NCBI GenBank assembly: GCA_965261395.1
Contig: OZ253462.1
Span: forward strand, 1,984,001-2,048,000
DNA: 64,000 nt
Source of the DNA: Candidatus Latescibacterota bacterium
GTDB lineage: Bacteria > Latescibacterota > UBA2968 > UBA8231
Direction of reading: 5' to 3'
Shown here one piece after another: positions 52,396-62,334 of this stretch. Position 1 is the first letter of the stretch. Each line of letters starts with the position of its first letter. The notes below the pieces were generated by a model. It saw only the letters and a program-made list of their open reading frames with translations. It was not told where the DNA came from and did no database searches. The position numbers and the translations under genes are program-made.

Positions 52396-52470
52396 ATGAG
52401 TACGCTTTATTAATCCGACCAATTGACCGATGGGCAATGGCATCTCAGCCAGCGCTTGCTGCCGGCTTGC
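52396..52470 (+). pseudogene. relic 5' end of a second IS5-family transposase
   Basis: Reads MSTLY*SDQLTDGQWHLSQRLLPAC, resembling MSTPRRQYATDLTDGQWQRIEPLLPA of the intact transposase. Confidence 0.65.
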
Positions 52471-52600
52471 CTAGACGCTGCGGGAGATCCGGAACGACCT
52501 TTCTCGTGCTATCCGCCTTTTTTACGCCCTGCCTAATGAAGGAAGCGGCCACACCCCCTGTATGGATGCAGCCGCTTCGGTGAACTTCTGTCGCAGGGGG

Positions 52601-52939
52601 CTAAACAGCCGCGTCGCCGGTCTCCCCAGTGCGGATCCGCACTACCTCATCCACCGACAGCACGAAAATTTTGCCATCGCCAATGTGGCCGGTCTGCGCG
52701 GCCTCGCGCACAGCGCCCAAGCACTGCTCGGCAAGGTCGTCCCGCACCACCACCTCCACCTTGATCTTGGGAGTAAAATCGACGACATACTCGGCACCGC
52801 GGTAGATCTCCTTATGGCCCTTCTGGCGGCCAAAACCCTTGACTTCACTGACCGTTATGCCTTGGACGCCCAACCCGCTCAACGCCTCTTTGATCGCGTC
52901 TAACGCATTGGGCCGCACTACGCACATTAGCAGTTTCAT
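52601..52939 (-). CDS. glnB: nitrogen regulatory protein P-II (GlnB/GlnK)
   Basis: GFGRQKGHKEIYRGAEY T-loop, TGHIGDGKIFV, RIRTGE. Confidence 0.9.
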   Translation of the reverse strand: MKLLMCVVRPNALDAIKEALSGLGVQGITVSEVKGFGRQKGHKEIYRGAEYVVDFTPKIKVEVVVRDDLAEQCLGAVREAAQTGHIGDGKIFVLSVDEVVRIRTGETGDAAV

Positions 52940-52993
52940 ATCGCCATCTCCTCACGTGTTGGTGCATAAGAAAAAGTAGGTTGCCGCGCCGTT

Positions 52994-53054
52994 TGGCGCA
53001 ATGGGTGCAATCGTTTCCCGCCGTGCCCTCCCTCTGGCGCAATGGGCGCAATCG
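52994..53054 (+). promoter_or_regulatory. two 20-bp direct repeats, each fitting the sigma54 GG-N10-GC spacing
   Basis: TGGCGCAATGGGTGCAATCG (52994-53013) and TGGCGCAATGGGCGCAATCG (53035-53054). Confidence 0.45.
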
Positions 53055-53124
53055 GTTTAGACTTTTTGGCCTCGATTATTAGCCGCTCTCAGGCGGCGCG
53101 CCTCTTTTGTGTGGTATAATTTTA

Positions 53125-55086
53125 ATGAATGTAGTGCAGGCCGGGTTCCTGCTAATGCTCGTGGCCCTAGTAGGATGCGGCCGGGAAAGTCAAGCAGCGC
53201 ACCCAGCGGCCGAGGGCGACATACCTCGCACCGCGTGGCCCGAAAGCTGGTTCCACCCGCCGCGCACCGCTTCGGAAGTCGGCTTGACGACCTTCCGCCA
53301 GTCGCCCATGCTCGACGAACTCGTGGCCGCCGGTGAGTTGCCGCCGGTGGCGGAGCGGCTGCCCGACGCCCCGATCGTCGTCGAACCCATCGACGGGATC
53401 GGCACCTACGGGGGCACCGCTCGGCTCTTCCTCGCCGGCGAACAGCTCCTCAACGTACCCGAAGGAACCCTGCGCCCGGGGCCGCAGCTACAGCTAACCC
53501 TGCCCAACTTTGCCGCGCGAGTCGATTACCACAACGACGCGCAGACCCTGACGGTCGCCCTGCGGCCCGGCCACAAGTGGTCTGACGGCCACCCGGTGAC
53601 GGCCGACGACTTTGTCTTTTGGTTCGATCGCGTCCACATGAACAAAAGCCTCACGCCCGTGGTGTCGCCCCGCTTTAAGGGGGCCCGCATCGAAAAGCAC
53701 GGCCCCCACCTTTTTAGCTATCACTTTCCCCAGCCGATGCCGCTTTTTGTCAAGCACCTCGCCCACAACAGCTCGCACCTGTCGGCACCGGCACACTTTA
53801 TGCACCGCTATCATCCAGACTTTACCGCCGCGGATCAGCTAGCGCGCGAAGCAGTAGAGCTCGGCTTGCAAGACTGGCGCACCTACTTCCAAGCCGTCCT
53901 CAACACGCGCGACCTAATGGTCTTCCACAAGCCGGTACAGACCGCTTATGTGGTGGTCAGCAAGACATCGACGCGCGTCCGCTACCGCCGCAACCCCTAT
54001 TACCCCAAAGTAGATCCAGCCGGCAATCAATTACCTTATATAGATTATCTTGAAGTCCAGCGGGTTGACAGCCCCGAGATCATGGCGGCCAAGGCCGCTA
54101 CCGGGCAGGTCGATTTTGCCGGGCGGCAGTTTAAGACCGCCGACATCCCGCTATTTAAGCGCTTCGAGCAGGACAACGGCTATGCGACCTACCTCTGGCC
54201 CCGTCCCTACGGCTCGGACGTGGCTTTCATGGTCAATATGACCCACCCCGACGAGCGGCTCAGGCGGATTTTTCAGGACGTGCGCTTTCGCCGCGCCCTC
54301 TCGCTAGCCATCAACCGCGCGGAGATCAACCACATCGCCTATTACGGGCAAGGGGTCCCGCGCCAGTTGACGGTCGTATCTTCGAGCCGCTACTTTGAGC
54401 CGGCCTTTGCCACAGCTTGGGCCGAGCACGATCCGCAACGCGCCGGTGCCCTGCTCGACGAGATGGGGCTGATAGACCGCAACGGCGACGGCCGGCGCGA
54501 CCACCCCGATGGCCACCCGCTCGAAATTACGCTGGAGTACACAATCGGGGAGACGCCCAAGCAAGTCACGGTGGACTTGGTGACCGCCCACTGGCGCGAA
54601 GTGGGGCTGCACATCAACCGCAAGCAAATAAGCGGCGCGCTGCAAGGTATCCGCACCCGAGGCGGGGTTATGGACATGAGCATCTGGCACGCCGACCGCA
54701 ACGCCGACATCCTCTTTCCCATCGAGCCTTTTTGGTACGTGCCCATGCACGTGGGGCAGGAGGTGACCCAGTGGCCGGAGTGGTCGCGGTGGTACCGGTC
54801 GGACGGAGCGCGCGGCTGGATGCCACCCGACAAGGTCCGGGACCTAATCGCCTGGTGGGAGGTGCTCCGCCGCACACCGGATCTTCAAGAGCGCATCGCC
54901 ATGGGCAAGAAAATTCTCCAGAGCCAAGCCGAAAACCTGTGGGCCCTCGGCATCATCGGCCTAGGGCCACATCCCGTCATCGTTAGCAACCGGCTGCGCA
55001 ATGTCCCGCGCCAGGGCTATTGGGGGTGGGATTCGCGCTGGTCTTGGCCCTACTATCCAGAGACTTGGTATCTGCAACAAGACTGA
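53125..55086 (+). CDS. ABC transporter substrate-binding lipoprotein, family 5 (DppA/OppA-like)
   Basis: Lipobox LVGC, GELPPVAERLP, KWSDGHPVTADD, RNPYYPKVD..GNQLPYID; exact start uncertain. Confidence 0.9.
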   Translation: MNVVQAGFLLMLVALVGCGRESQAAHPAAEGDIPRTAWPESWFHPPRTASEVGLTTFRQSPMLDELVAAGELPPVAERLPDAPIVVEPIDGIGTYGGTARLFLAGEQLLNVPEGTLRPGPQLQLTLPNFAARVDYHNDAQTLTVALRPGHKWSDGHPVTADDFVFWFDRVHMNKSLTPVVSPRFKGARIEKHGPHLFSYHFPQPMPLFVKHLAHNSSHLSAPAHFMHRYHPDFTAADQLAREAVELGLQDWRTYFQAVLNTRDLMVFHKPVQTAYVVVSKTSTRVRYRRNPYYPKVDPAGNQLPYIDYLEVQRVDSPEIMAAKAATGQVDFAGRQFKTADIPLFKRFEQDNGYATYLWPRPYGSDVAFMVNMTHPDERLRRIFQDVRFRRALSLAINRAEINHIAYYGQGVPRQLTVVSSSRYFEPAFATAWAEHDPQRAGALLDEMGLIDRNGDGRRDHPDGHPLEITLEYTIGETPKQVTVDLVTAHWREVGLHINRKQISGALQGIRTRGGVMDMSIWHADRNADILFPIEPFWYVPMHVGQEVTQWPEWSRWYRSDGARGWMPPDKVRDLIAWWEVLRRTPDLQERIAMGKKILQSQAENLWALGIIGLGPHPVIVSNRLRNVPRQGYWGWDSRWSWPYYPETWYLQQD

Positions 55087-55089
55087 GCC

Positions 55090-56073
55090 ATGATCAACTA
55101 CATTATCCGCCGCGTCCTAATTATGATCCCCACGCTGATAGCTGTCTCGGTGCTGGTCTTCGTCGTCATCCAGTTGCCGCCCGGGGACATCATCACGTCG
55201 CGCCTACAAGAGCTACAGGCCGAGGGCCAAGACATATCCGAGGAGCAGATCACCGCCCTGCGCGCTCGCTACCACCTCGACGACCCAATGTTCATCCAAT
55301 ACTTCAAGTGGATAGGCGGCTTCCTCCAAGGCGATATGGGCTATTCGGTGATGTACGGCCAGTCGGTCAACAATCTGATCTGGGAGCGGCTTGGCTACAC
55401 CTTGCTGATTACCTCGACCGCGACCCTGTTGACTTGGCTGGTGGCCTTCCCGGTGGGCGTCTATTCGGCCCTGCGCCAGTACTCAGCGCTCGACTACGCG
55501 GCGACTCTCGCGGCCTTCATCGGCCTGGCAACGCCCAACTTCCTGCTCGCACTGGTTTTGATGTACTTGGGATACGAGTGGTTTGGGATCGCCGTGGGCG
55601 GGTTGTTTTCTCCCGAATACGCGAGTGCGCCGTGGAGCTTGGCTAAACTCGCCGATTTTCTCGGACATCTATGGATCCCGGCCGTGGTCATCGGCACGGC
55701 CGGCATGGCCGGGCTGATGCGCATCATGCGCGCCAATCTCCTCGACGAGCTGGGCAAGCCCTACGTAACTACGGCGCTGGCCAAGGGCCTTGGCCCGATC
55801 CGCTTGGTGATTAAGTACCCGTTGCGCATTGCCATCAATCCCTTTATCAGCACGGTCGGCTGGATGCTGCCGCACCTGATCTCCGGCTCGGCCATCACCA
55901 GCGTGGTGTTGAGCCTGCCGACGACCGGCCCCTTGCTGCTCGATTCCCTCCGCAACCAAGACATGTATTTGGCGGGCAGTTTCCTCCTCATGCTCAGCGT
56001 CCTGACGGTGATCGGTACCCTGCTATCGGACATTCTCCTGGCCATTGCCGACCCGCGCATCCGCTATGAGTGA
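55090..56073 (+). CDS. ABC transporter permease (DppB-like)
   Basis: YIIRR...QLPPGD, EAA-loop region, DPRIR end. Confidence 0.9.
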   Translation: MINYIIRRVLIMIPTLIAVSVLVFVVIQLPPGDIITSRLQELQAEGQDISEEQITALRARYHLDDPMFIQYFKWIGGFLQGDMGYSVMYGQSVNNLIWERLGYTLLITSTATLLTWLVAFPVGVYSALRQYSALDYAATLAAFIGLATPNFLLALVLMYLGYEWFGIAVGGLFSPEYASAPWSLAKLADFLGHLWIPAVVIGTAGMAGLMRIMRANLLDELGKPYVTTALAKGLGPIRLVIKYPLRIAINPFISTVGWMLPHLISGSAITSVVLSLPTTGPLLLDSLRNQDMYLAGSFLLMLSVLTVIGTLLSDILLAIADPRIRYE

Positions 56074-57172
56074 AGATCGCCCCACAACCCAACTAGCCGA
56101 CGCCTCGCAATGGCGGCTGATGTGGATGCGCTTTCGCCGCCATCGGCTGGCCCTAGCCGGCAGTGCGGTGCTGATCGCGCTCTACGGCCTCGCAGCCCTG
56201 TGCGAATTTATTTCACCTTACCAGCCCGATCAGCGCCACGCGCAATACGTCCTCTGCCCGCCGCAGTCGATCCGCTTGTTCGACGGCGAGGGGCGCTTTC
56301 ACTGGCGGCCCTTTGTCCACGGCGTGCGGCAAGACACCGCCGCCGGCCCGTGGCAGCGCGAATATCTCGTCGATACCGAGGCCGTGTATCCGATCCGCTT
56401 GTTCGTGCGCGGCCCGGCCTACGAGTTTTGGGGGCTTTTCAACGCGGACTGGCACTTGTTCAGCGCGGGCAGCGGGCCGCTGTTCCTCTTTGGCACCGAC
56501 GATTTGGGCCGCGATCTGTTCAGCCGAATTATACACGGGGCGCGCATTTCGCTCACCATTGGGCTGATCGGCGTGGCCCTGACCTTCCTCATCGGCATCC
56601 TGCTGGGGGGCGTGGCGGGTTATTACAGCGGCTGGGTCGATGTGATAGTGCAGCGAATGATCGAGGTCCTGATGGCCGTGCCGCAGCTACCGCTGTGGAT
56701 GGCGTTGAGCGCGGCACTGCCGGCGCACTGGGCACCGCTGCGGATTTACTTTGGCGTCACCATCATCCTCTCGCTGATGGGCTGGACTGGGTTGGCGCGG
56801 GTGGTGCGTGGCCGCTTTCTGTCGCTGCGCGAAGAGGATTTTGTGGTCGCCGCCCGCCTGTCGGGCACTCACGAGTTGAAAATCATCTTCAAACACCTGC
56901 TGCCGTCGTTCCTCAGCCACGTGATCACGTCGGCCACCCTAGCGGTGCCGAGCATGATTCTCGGCGAGACCGCGCTGAGTTTTTTGGGGATTGGGCTGCG
57001 GGCACCCGTGGTTAGTTGGGGGGTGTTGCTGCAAAAGGCGCAGAACTTTCAGGCCGTGGCCATGGCGCCGTGGCTGTTGCTGCCTGGGCTTTTCGTGGTC
57101 ATCGCGGTCTTAGCTTTCAACGTGGTCGGCGATGGGATGCGCGACGCGGCCGATCCGTATTCCAGCCGGTAG
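56066..57172 (+). CDS. ABC transporter permease (DppC-like)
   Basis: FGTDDLGRD, REEDFVVAARLSG, GDGMRDAADP. Confidence 0.9.
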   Translation: MSEDRPTTQLADASQWRLMWMRFRRHRLALAGSAVLIALYGLAALCEFISPYQPDQRHAQYVLCPPQSIRLFDGEGRFHWRPFVHGVRQDTAAGPWQREYLVDTEAVYPIRLFVRGPAYEFWGLFNADWHLFSAGSGPLFLFGTDDLGRDLFSRIIHGARISLTIGLIGVALTFLIGILLGGVAGYYSGWVDVIVQRMIEVLMAVPQLPLWMALSAALPAHWAPLRIYFGVTIILSLMGWTGLARVVRGRFLSLREEDFVVAARLSGTHELKIIFKHLLPSFLSHVITSATLAVPSMILGETALSFLGIGLRAPVVSWGVLLQKAQNFQAVAMAPWLLLPGLFVVIAVLAFNVVGDGMRDAADPYSSR

Positions 57173-57198
57173 TTGCTCTTAAAAAGAGGAAAAAAGCT

Positions 57199-58032
57199 AT
57201 GCAAGATTGGACGCTATTCCTTGGAGACTGCGCGGAACAGCTCCGGCATATTGCATCGGACTCGGTGGACTTGGTCGTTACTTCACCTCCTTATACCAAT
57301 CAGCGATCTGACACGTATGGAGGGGTAACGCCGGACGACTACGTGGAGTGGTTTCTGCCCATCGCCGATGAGTTGCAGCGGGTCTTGAAGCCGACGGGCA
57401 CGTTTGTCTTAAACATCAAAGAACGAGTCGTGAACGGTGAGCGGCATACCTATGTGCTGGAACTCATTTTGGCCATGCGCAAGCGGGGCTGGCTGTGGAC
57501 GGAAGAGTTTATCTGGCACAAGAAAAACTGTTATCCGGGGAAATGGCCCAATCGGTTCCGGGATGCGTGGGAGCGGCTTTTGCAATTCAACCTACAGCGC
57601 AAGTTCAAGATGAACCAAGATGCGGTGATGGTTCCCGTCGGCGATTGGCACGCAAGCCGCATGCGTACCTTGAGCGAGACGGACCGCGCCCGCGACGAAT
57701 CCAAGGTAGGCAGCGGCTTCGGCAAAAAGGTCGCGAATTGGTTAGACCGCGATAAGGTATATCCCAATAACGTGCTCCACCGCGCCACCGAATGTAGCAA
57801 TCGGCAACACAGTGCCGCGTTTCCCTATTGGTTGCCCGAGTGGTTCATAGACCTTTTCACGGATGCGGGGGACGTAGTGCTAGACCCGTTTATCGGCTCG
57901 GGTACGACGGCGTTTGCTGCGCTGGACAAAGGGCGGCGCGTGATCGGCATTGAGATTCGCAAGCCCTATTGCGATGCACTCAAAGGGCAATTGGAAGAGA
58001 AATATGGGCAATCTCTGAAGCTGGTTGTGTGA
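57199..58032 (+). CDS. site-specific DNA methyltransferase (N4-C/N6-A, beta class), apparently orphan
   Basis: GAGGA RBS, VTSPPY, HSAAFP, DPFIGSGTT. Confidence 0.9.
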   Translation: MQDWTLFLGDCAEQLRHIASDSVDLVVTSPPYTNQRSDTYGGVTPDDYVEWFLPIADELQRVLKPTGTFVLNIKERVVNGERHTYVLELILAMRKRGWLWTEEFIWHKKNCYPGKWPNRFRDAWERLLQFNLQRKFKMNQDAVMVPVGDWHASRMRTLSETDRARDESKVGSGFGKKVANWLDRDKVYPNNVLHRATECSNRQHSAAFPYWLPEWFIDLFTDAGDVVLDPFIGSGTTAFAALDKGRRVIGIEIRKPYCDALKGQLEEKYGQSLKLVV

Positions 58033-58082
58033 CCCGCATTATAGACGAAGATATAATGGGTTATATCCGAGCTATACTATGA
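58029..58082 (+). pseudogene. possible truncated 5' stub of the cognate restriction endonuclease
   Basis: GTGA overlap with the MTase stop; reads MTRIIDEDIMGYIRAIL* as the sequence turns AT-rich. Confidence 0.35.
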
Positions 58083-58254
58083 TTGTAAATGGATTTTGCT
58101 ATAGAACAACAGAGTGGATTAAATACAACAAGACTTAATAAAGATGTCCAAGCCCATCATCGACTAAATTGGCCGTGTATTAGCAAATCACTACTGCTGT
58201 ACCGACAAGAACCGGAGCTTTATAATCAGCATCAAATACCATATGGAGCGGTAA

Positions 58255-61200
58255 ATGCTTACGGAAAAACAGCAAAAGATATATGACTGGCTGGATAGTA
58301 AACTCCTCTTGCCCGTGCATGCAGAAGCATACAAAGGCGCTGTACACTTATTAAAAGAGAAGTCTCCAGGCTACGTTACTTTTGTATCACACGCAGGTAG
58401 AGATATTATAAACACACTAGCTTCAATCGTTATTAGTGCCAAATCCCCTCAAGTTCAATATGTTTACCTAGTGAATGAACTGAAAAAGAAATGGCAAGAT
58501 GAATGGCATAGACAAGTACAATCTTCTTCCCAGAATCAGAAAGATGGACATGTAATATCTGACGATGTATATGATATGATAACAAACCTAATAGAGGAAC
58601 ACAAGGAGGGGCGAATCAGAAGTCAAAAGGCAGATGAGCGTTTCTTTTATACTTTTTTAGGTTATCCTGACAGAGATCAGATTCCCAAGTTAGAAAAATG
58701 GGAAAAAGCAAAGGAATTTTTTAAAGAAATCACCCACTTACGTGGAACGGATTTTTCCGCAGAAATACCGTCCAAGGTGGAAGAAAACTTTGAAACTCTT
58801 GAGGAATTTCTATATACTGCTGCAACAAAGGCATATAGCCGCTTAAGGAGCTTGGATGAAATCATAAAAGAAACTAACAAATCTCGGAAGAAACTAAAAA
58901 GTGAAACGGTAGATAGAGCATTAAAGCTGATTGAGAAAGAAACTGATCGTCAGCACTTCTTCTCTCGTCTGAAAAATCCTCGGTGGATTCAGCCATTGGC
59001 TGAACGCGGACGTTTTAAGTCTCCTCCTGCTATTAGGCATTTGCCCGACGGTTATGTTCAATATCCTTTCTGGCCGGAGCTTGAATATCTCAAGAATGTG
59101 TCTCTTGAAGCTCCGAAGGAAGTTATCCAGAAGGAAGTTATCCAGATCGTGTTGGGACTCCCTGTGGTCGATAACCCGAGAATTTATAATGACATTCTGG
59201 ACATCGCACTGTCACTCTATGGTGAACAATCCGCACGGCTCAAGCCAAAAATGCTCGAATACGCTAGGCTTGAGCACCAGTTTCTCGCTCATAGATACCA
59301 CGAACTTGTAGTTCATTGGGTGGTCGAGAATCAAATACAGGCCGCATTGGAACTTGTGGAAATACTCGTTCAATTTCATCCCGATCCTAAAGCCGAAGGA
59401 AAGATAAAAGAAAAAAGAGAGAATCCTCATTCATTTACCATGCTTGAGCCAATTCCTAAGCTCGAAGAATGGGACTACCAAGAACTCTTAGACAAAGGCG
59501 TTCGTTCACTCGCAGATAAAGCACCTGTTCAAGTAGCCCGTATGCTGATAGAGGCTACGGCGAGAATGATTCTTTTAAGAAAGAGTCGGGACGAACTTGA
59601 AAGCGGTTCGATCCAAGATGAATCAGAGGTGTGGTGTCCAAAGCTCAATGAAGAGAGCCAAGAGTATCAAGATCCAGAAGAGAATCTAGTCCATGTGCTA
59701 GTCTATGCTTGTGAGAAGGTTTATGAGTATTTACCTGATTCAATAGTAGTTCTAGACAACACCTTACGGAACCAACGGTGGAATGTTTTCAAACGACTTC
59801 GACAACACCTTTACGCTTTACATCCGAGCGAACTCACTAAGCCGTGGATTCGGGAGTTCATTCTATCGCATGGAGACTATGAGAAGTATCAGCATGCCTA
59901 CGAGTTTCAACAGATGATAAGGGTGTCTTGTGAATATTTCGGAGAGGAATTGCTTGCAGAAGAAGAGCGAACTCAAATTTTTGATACTATTCTCAGAGGC
60001 CCTTCGGAGCCTTCGGAGGAAAACTATCGTAAATTTCTTGAAAGTATCGGAGAAGAATTTACTGAATCATATTTCGATGGCCAGAAACGCAATTTCCATC
60101 GCTTGCAACTCAGGCCATTTGCTGCGCTGCTCTTTGGAAAGTACTCAACCTATTTTGAAGAACTCAAAAATGACGAAGAAAAAGAGATCACTGACGATGC
60201 CTACTTGCTCTTCCAGACATCTGAAGTCAGAGACGTCACCTTTCGTAGCCCTAGATCGCCTGACGAACTTTCCAAGCTCTCGAACGAGAAGCTATTAGAC
60301 TACATCAATGAGTGGCAAGATGAGCACATAGGCCCAGATGATTGGACAAGGATCAATATTTCGGCCCTTGCCGAAGCGTTCCAGTCTGTTTTCACCGAGT
60401 CGATTATACCGAACAATGACAGGCTGGTGTTCTGGACCGAGAAGAGTCGCGAGCGGATTGAGCGACCCATCTACGTCCAACGCATTATTCAAGCCATGCA
60501 CGCGCAAGTAGAAAGAGGAATTTTTGAACAACTCGACCGATGGTTTGACTTCTGTAAATGGGTGATTTCTAATCCTGATGAAGGTGAGAAGGCCCACCTT
60601 CCCTATAATGAGCCATTGCGAGAAGATCCAACTTGGCGTTCTCCGAGGATCGCTGTTTGTGATTTTGTCAACCTTTGCCTCAAGGAGGAAGTCAATGTAC
60701 CAATTTCCGCTCGGAAACAACTGGCCGAGATTCTAGAGGTGCTCTGCACTCAGTTCGATTGGACTCTGGATCGAGACCAGCTTGACCAACTTGTTTTGTT
60801 GAACCGTAGTCCGGCTACCCAAGCTATCAATACCACACGAGGCCTCGCATTGGCAAACTTGGGTAATTTTGGAAGTTGGGTGCGACGGCATGATAACAAG
60901 GCTGAAGTCCCTGAGATCACGTCTATTCTCGAAAAGTGTTTCAAACCGGAAGCAGAGTATCCGCTAACGATCCCAGAGCATGCAATTCTGGGTATGAACT
61001 ACTGGCGGATCTGCCAGCTCAATCCGGGATGGGCGGCTAATCACAAATCATACTTCTTCCCCCAAGACAATACGCCAGCTCGGCAGGCGGCCTTTAGGAA
61101 TTTTCTGCGACATAATCGCCCCTACAGACCAGCCTTTAATCTTGTTCGCAGTGAATTCGAGTTTGCGCTAGAACATCTGGATGTCTTGAAACAACAAGAT

Positions 61201-61818
61201 CGGTTCGTCGATACCCTTGGCAAACATCTGTTCCTCTACTATTTAGGGGGCGCATATCCACTGACGAGCGACAGTAGCCTGCTAGAACGCTTTTACCAAA
61301 AATCCGAGAACGAACTAACGCATTGGGCGACATTATTCGACAATGTAGGGCGTTTACTGGAGAATGCCGGTAAGAGGCTTGATAGAAACTTGACGGATAG
61401 AGCAATTGCCTTCTTCGAGTGGCGACTAGAAGCGAAAGAACCGACTGAACTTCGCAAGTTTACTTTCTGGCTGGAAGCCGAGTGTTTGGGAGCCGAGTGG
61501 AGATTAGAAGTCTATTCCAAAATTTTGGATGTGCCTGGTATCTTAGATGTAGATCAGAGCGGACGCGAGATGAGCCTTTGGTCTTCGTTGAGATCGTTGC
61601 ATACTATGCTCCCTGAGCACACGACACAAGTGGTCGAATGTTTTGCCAAGCTGATCCTTTCCATACCCGAAGATCGCTCAATCTACATCCCAACGAACGA
61701 GGCGCGAGCAATTCTGAAAGCCGGTTTCGATCACGAAGACGAAAGTGTGCGTAAGACCGCCAAAGACACCCGAGACAACTTACTCGGTAGGGGTTATTGG
61801 GATTATTTAAATTCTTAG
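58255..61818 (+). CDS. large low-GC hypothetical alpha-helical protein, candidate defence protein
   Basis: 1187-aa uninterrupted ORF with foreign composition; HEPN-like N-terminal region; FFSRLKNPRWIQPL block; no Walker A seen. Confidence 0.6.
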   Translation: MLTEKQQKIYDWLDSKLLLPVHAEAYKGAVHLLKEKSPGYVTFVSHAGRDIINTLASIVISAKSPQVQYVYLVNELKKKWQDEWHRQVQSSSQNQKDGHVISDDVYDMITNLIEEHKEGRIRSQKADERFFYTFLGYPDRDQIPKLEKWEKAKEFFKEITHLRGTDFSAEIPSKVEENFETLEEFLYTAATKAYSRLRSLDEIIKETNKSRKKLKSETVDRALKLIEKETDRQHFFSRLKNPRWIQPLAERGRFKSPPAIRHLPDGYVQYPFWPELEYLKNVSLEAPKEVIQKEVIQIVLGLPVVDNPRIYNDILDIALSLYGEQSARLKPKMLEYARLEHQFLAHRYHELVVHWVVENQIQAALELVEILVQFHPDPKAEGKIKEKRENPHSFTMLEPIPKLEEWDYQELLDKGVRSLADKAPVQVARMLIEATARMILLRKSRDELESGSIQDESEVWCPKLNEESQEYQDPEENLVHVLVYACEKVYEYLPDSIVVLDNTLRNQRWNVFKRLRQHLYALHPSELTKPWIREFILSHGDYEKYQHAYEFQQMIRVSCEYFGEELLAEEERTQIFDTILRGPSEPSEENYRKFLESIGEEFTESYFDGQKRNFHRLQLRPFAALLFGKYSTYFEELKNDEEKEITDDAYLLFQTSEVRDVTFRSPRSPDELSKLSNEKLLDYINEWQDEHIGPDDWTRINISALAEAFQSVFTESIIPNNDRLVFWTEKSRERIERPIYVQRIIQAMHAQVERGIFEQLDRWFDFCKWVISNPDEGEKAHLPYNEPLREDPTWRSPRIAVCDFVNLCLKEEVNVPISARKQLAEILEVLCTQFDWTLDRDQLDQLVLLNRSPATQAINTTRGLALANLGNFGSWVRRHDNKAEVPEITSILEKCFKPEAEYPLTIPEHAILGMNYWRICQLNPGWAANHKSYFFPQDNTPARQAAFRNFLRHNRPYRPAFNLVRSEFEFALEHLDVLKQQDRFVDTLGKHLFLYYLGGAYPLTSDSSLLERFYQKSENELTHWATLFDNVGRLLENAGKRLDRNLTDRAIAFFEWRLEAKEPTELRKFTFWLEAECLGAEWRLEVYSKILDVPGILDVDQSGREMSLWSSLRSLHTMLPEHTTQVVECFAKLILSIPEDRSIYIPTNEARAILKAGFDHEDESVRKTAKDTRDNLLGRGYWDYLNS

Positions 61819-61924
61819 ACTTGGAAAGCCGAACGCTGGATGCAGTGAATCCTCAAAACCGACTACTTTTGCAACTAGACGCGGCTACGCTATGAAACAG
61901 CTATGATGGAGAGAACGAAAACTG

Positions 61925-62143
61925 ATGGCAATAGATAAGAAAACGGTCTATATTGAAACCTCCGTCATATCCTATTTGACTGCTCGACCTACGAGTGGCT
62001 TAGTGGCTGCTGCTTGGACAAAAATCACGGTTGACTGGTGGGAAACACAGAGGAACCGATTTGACCTCTATACATCCGATATTACGCTTGAAGAAGCTGG
62101 TCGGGGCGACGCCGAGGCGGGAAGGTGTTATAGGAGGATTTGA
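61925..62143 (+). pseudogene. internally deleted PIN-domain gene (paralog of 1867-2361)
   Basis: First ~63 codons closely match the PIN gene at 1867; the C-terminal catalytic half is missing. Confidence 0.8.
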
Positions 62144-62145
62144 AG

Positions 62146-62334
62146 ATGTCTGATGAAATCATCGAGGAACTGTGGCGGATTAAAGACAGCATTGCACGGG
62201 AACATGGGTATGATATCGAAGCTCTCGTTGCCTATCTCCAGAACAAGAAAAAGGCGGAAGGTCGGCAGATTGTGGATCTGTCTACCATGAAAAAGACCGC
62301 CGAACAAGGTGCTTCATCAGCAATTGAAGACTAG
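62146..62334 (+). CDS. small PIN-partner protein (paralog of 2354-2551)
   Basis: MSDEIIEELWRIKDSIAREHGYD. Confidence 0.7.
   Translation: MSDEIIEELWRIKDSIAREHGYDIEALVAYLQNKKKAEGRQIVDLSTMKKTAEQGASSAIED

Noticed and set aside
52542-52578. Possible terminator after glnB
   Set aside because: Only an 8-bp stem with a long imperfect loop and a weak U-tract
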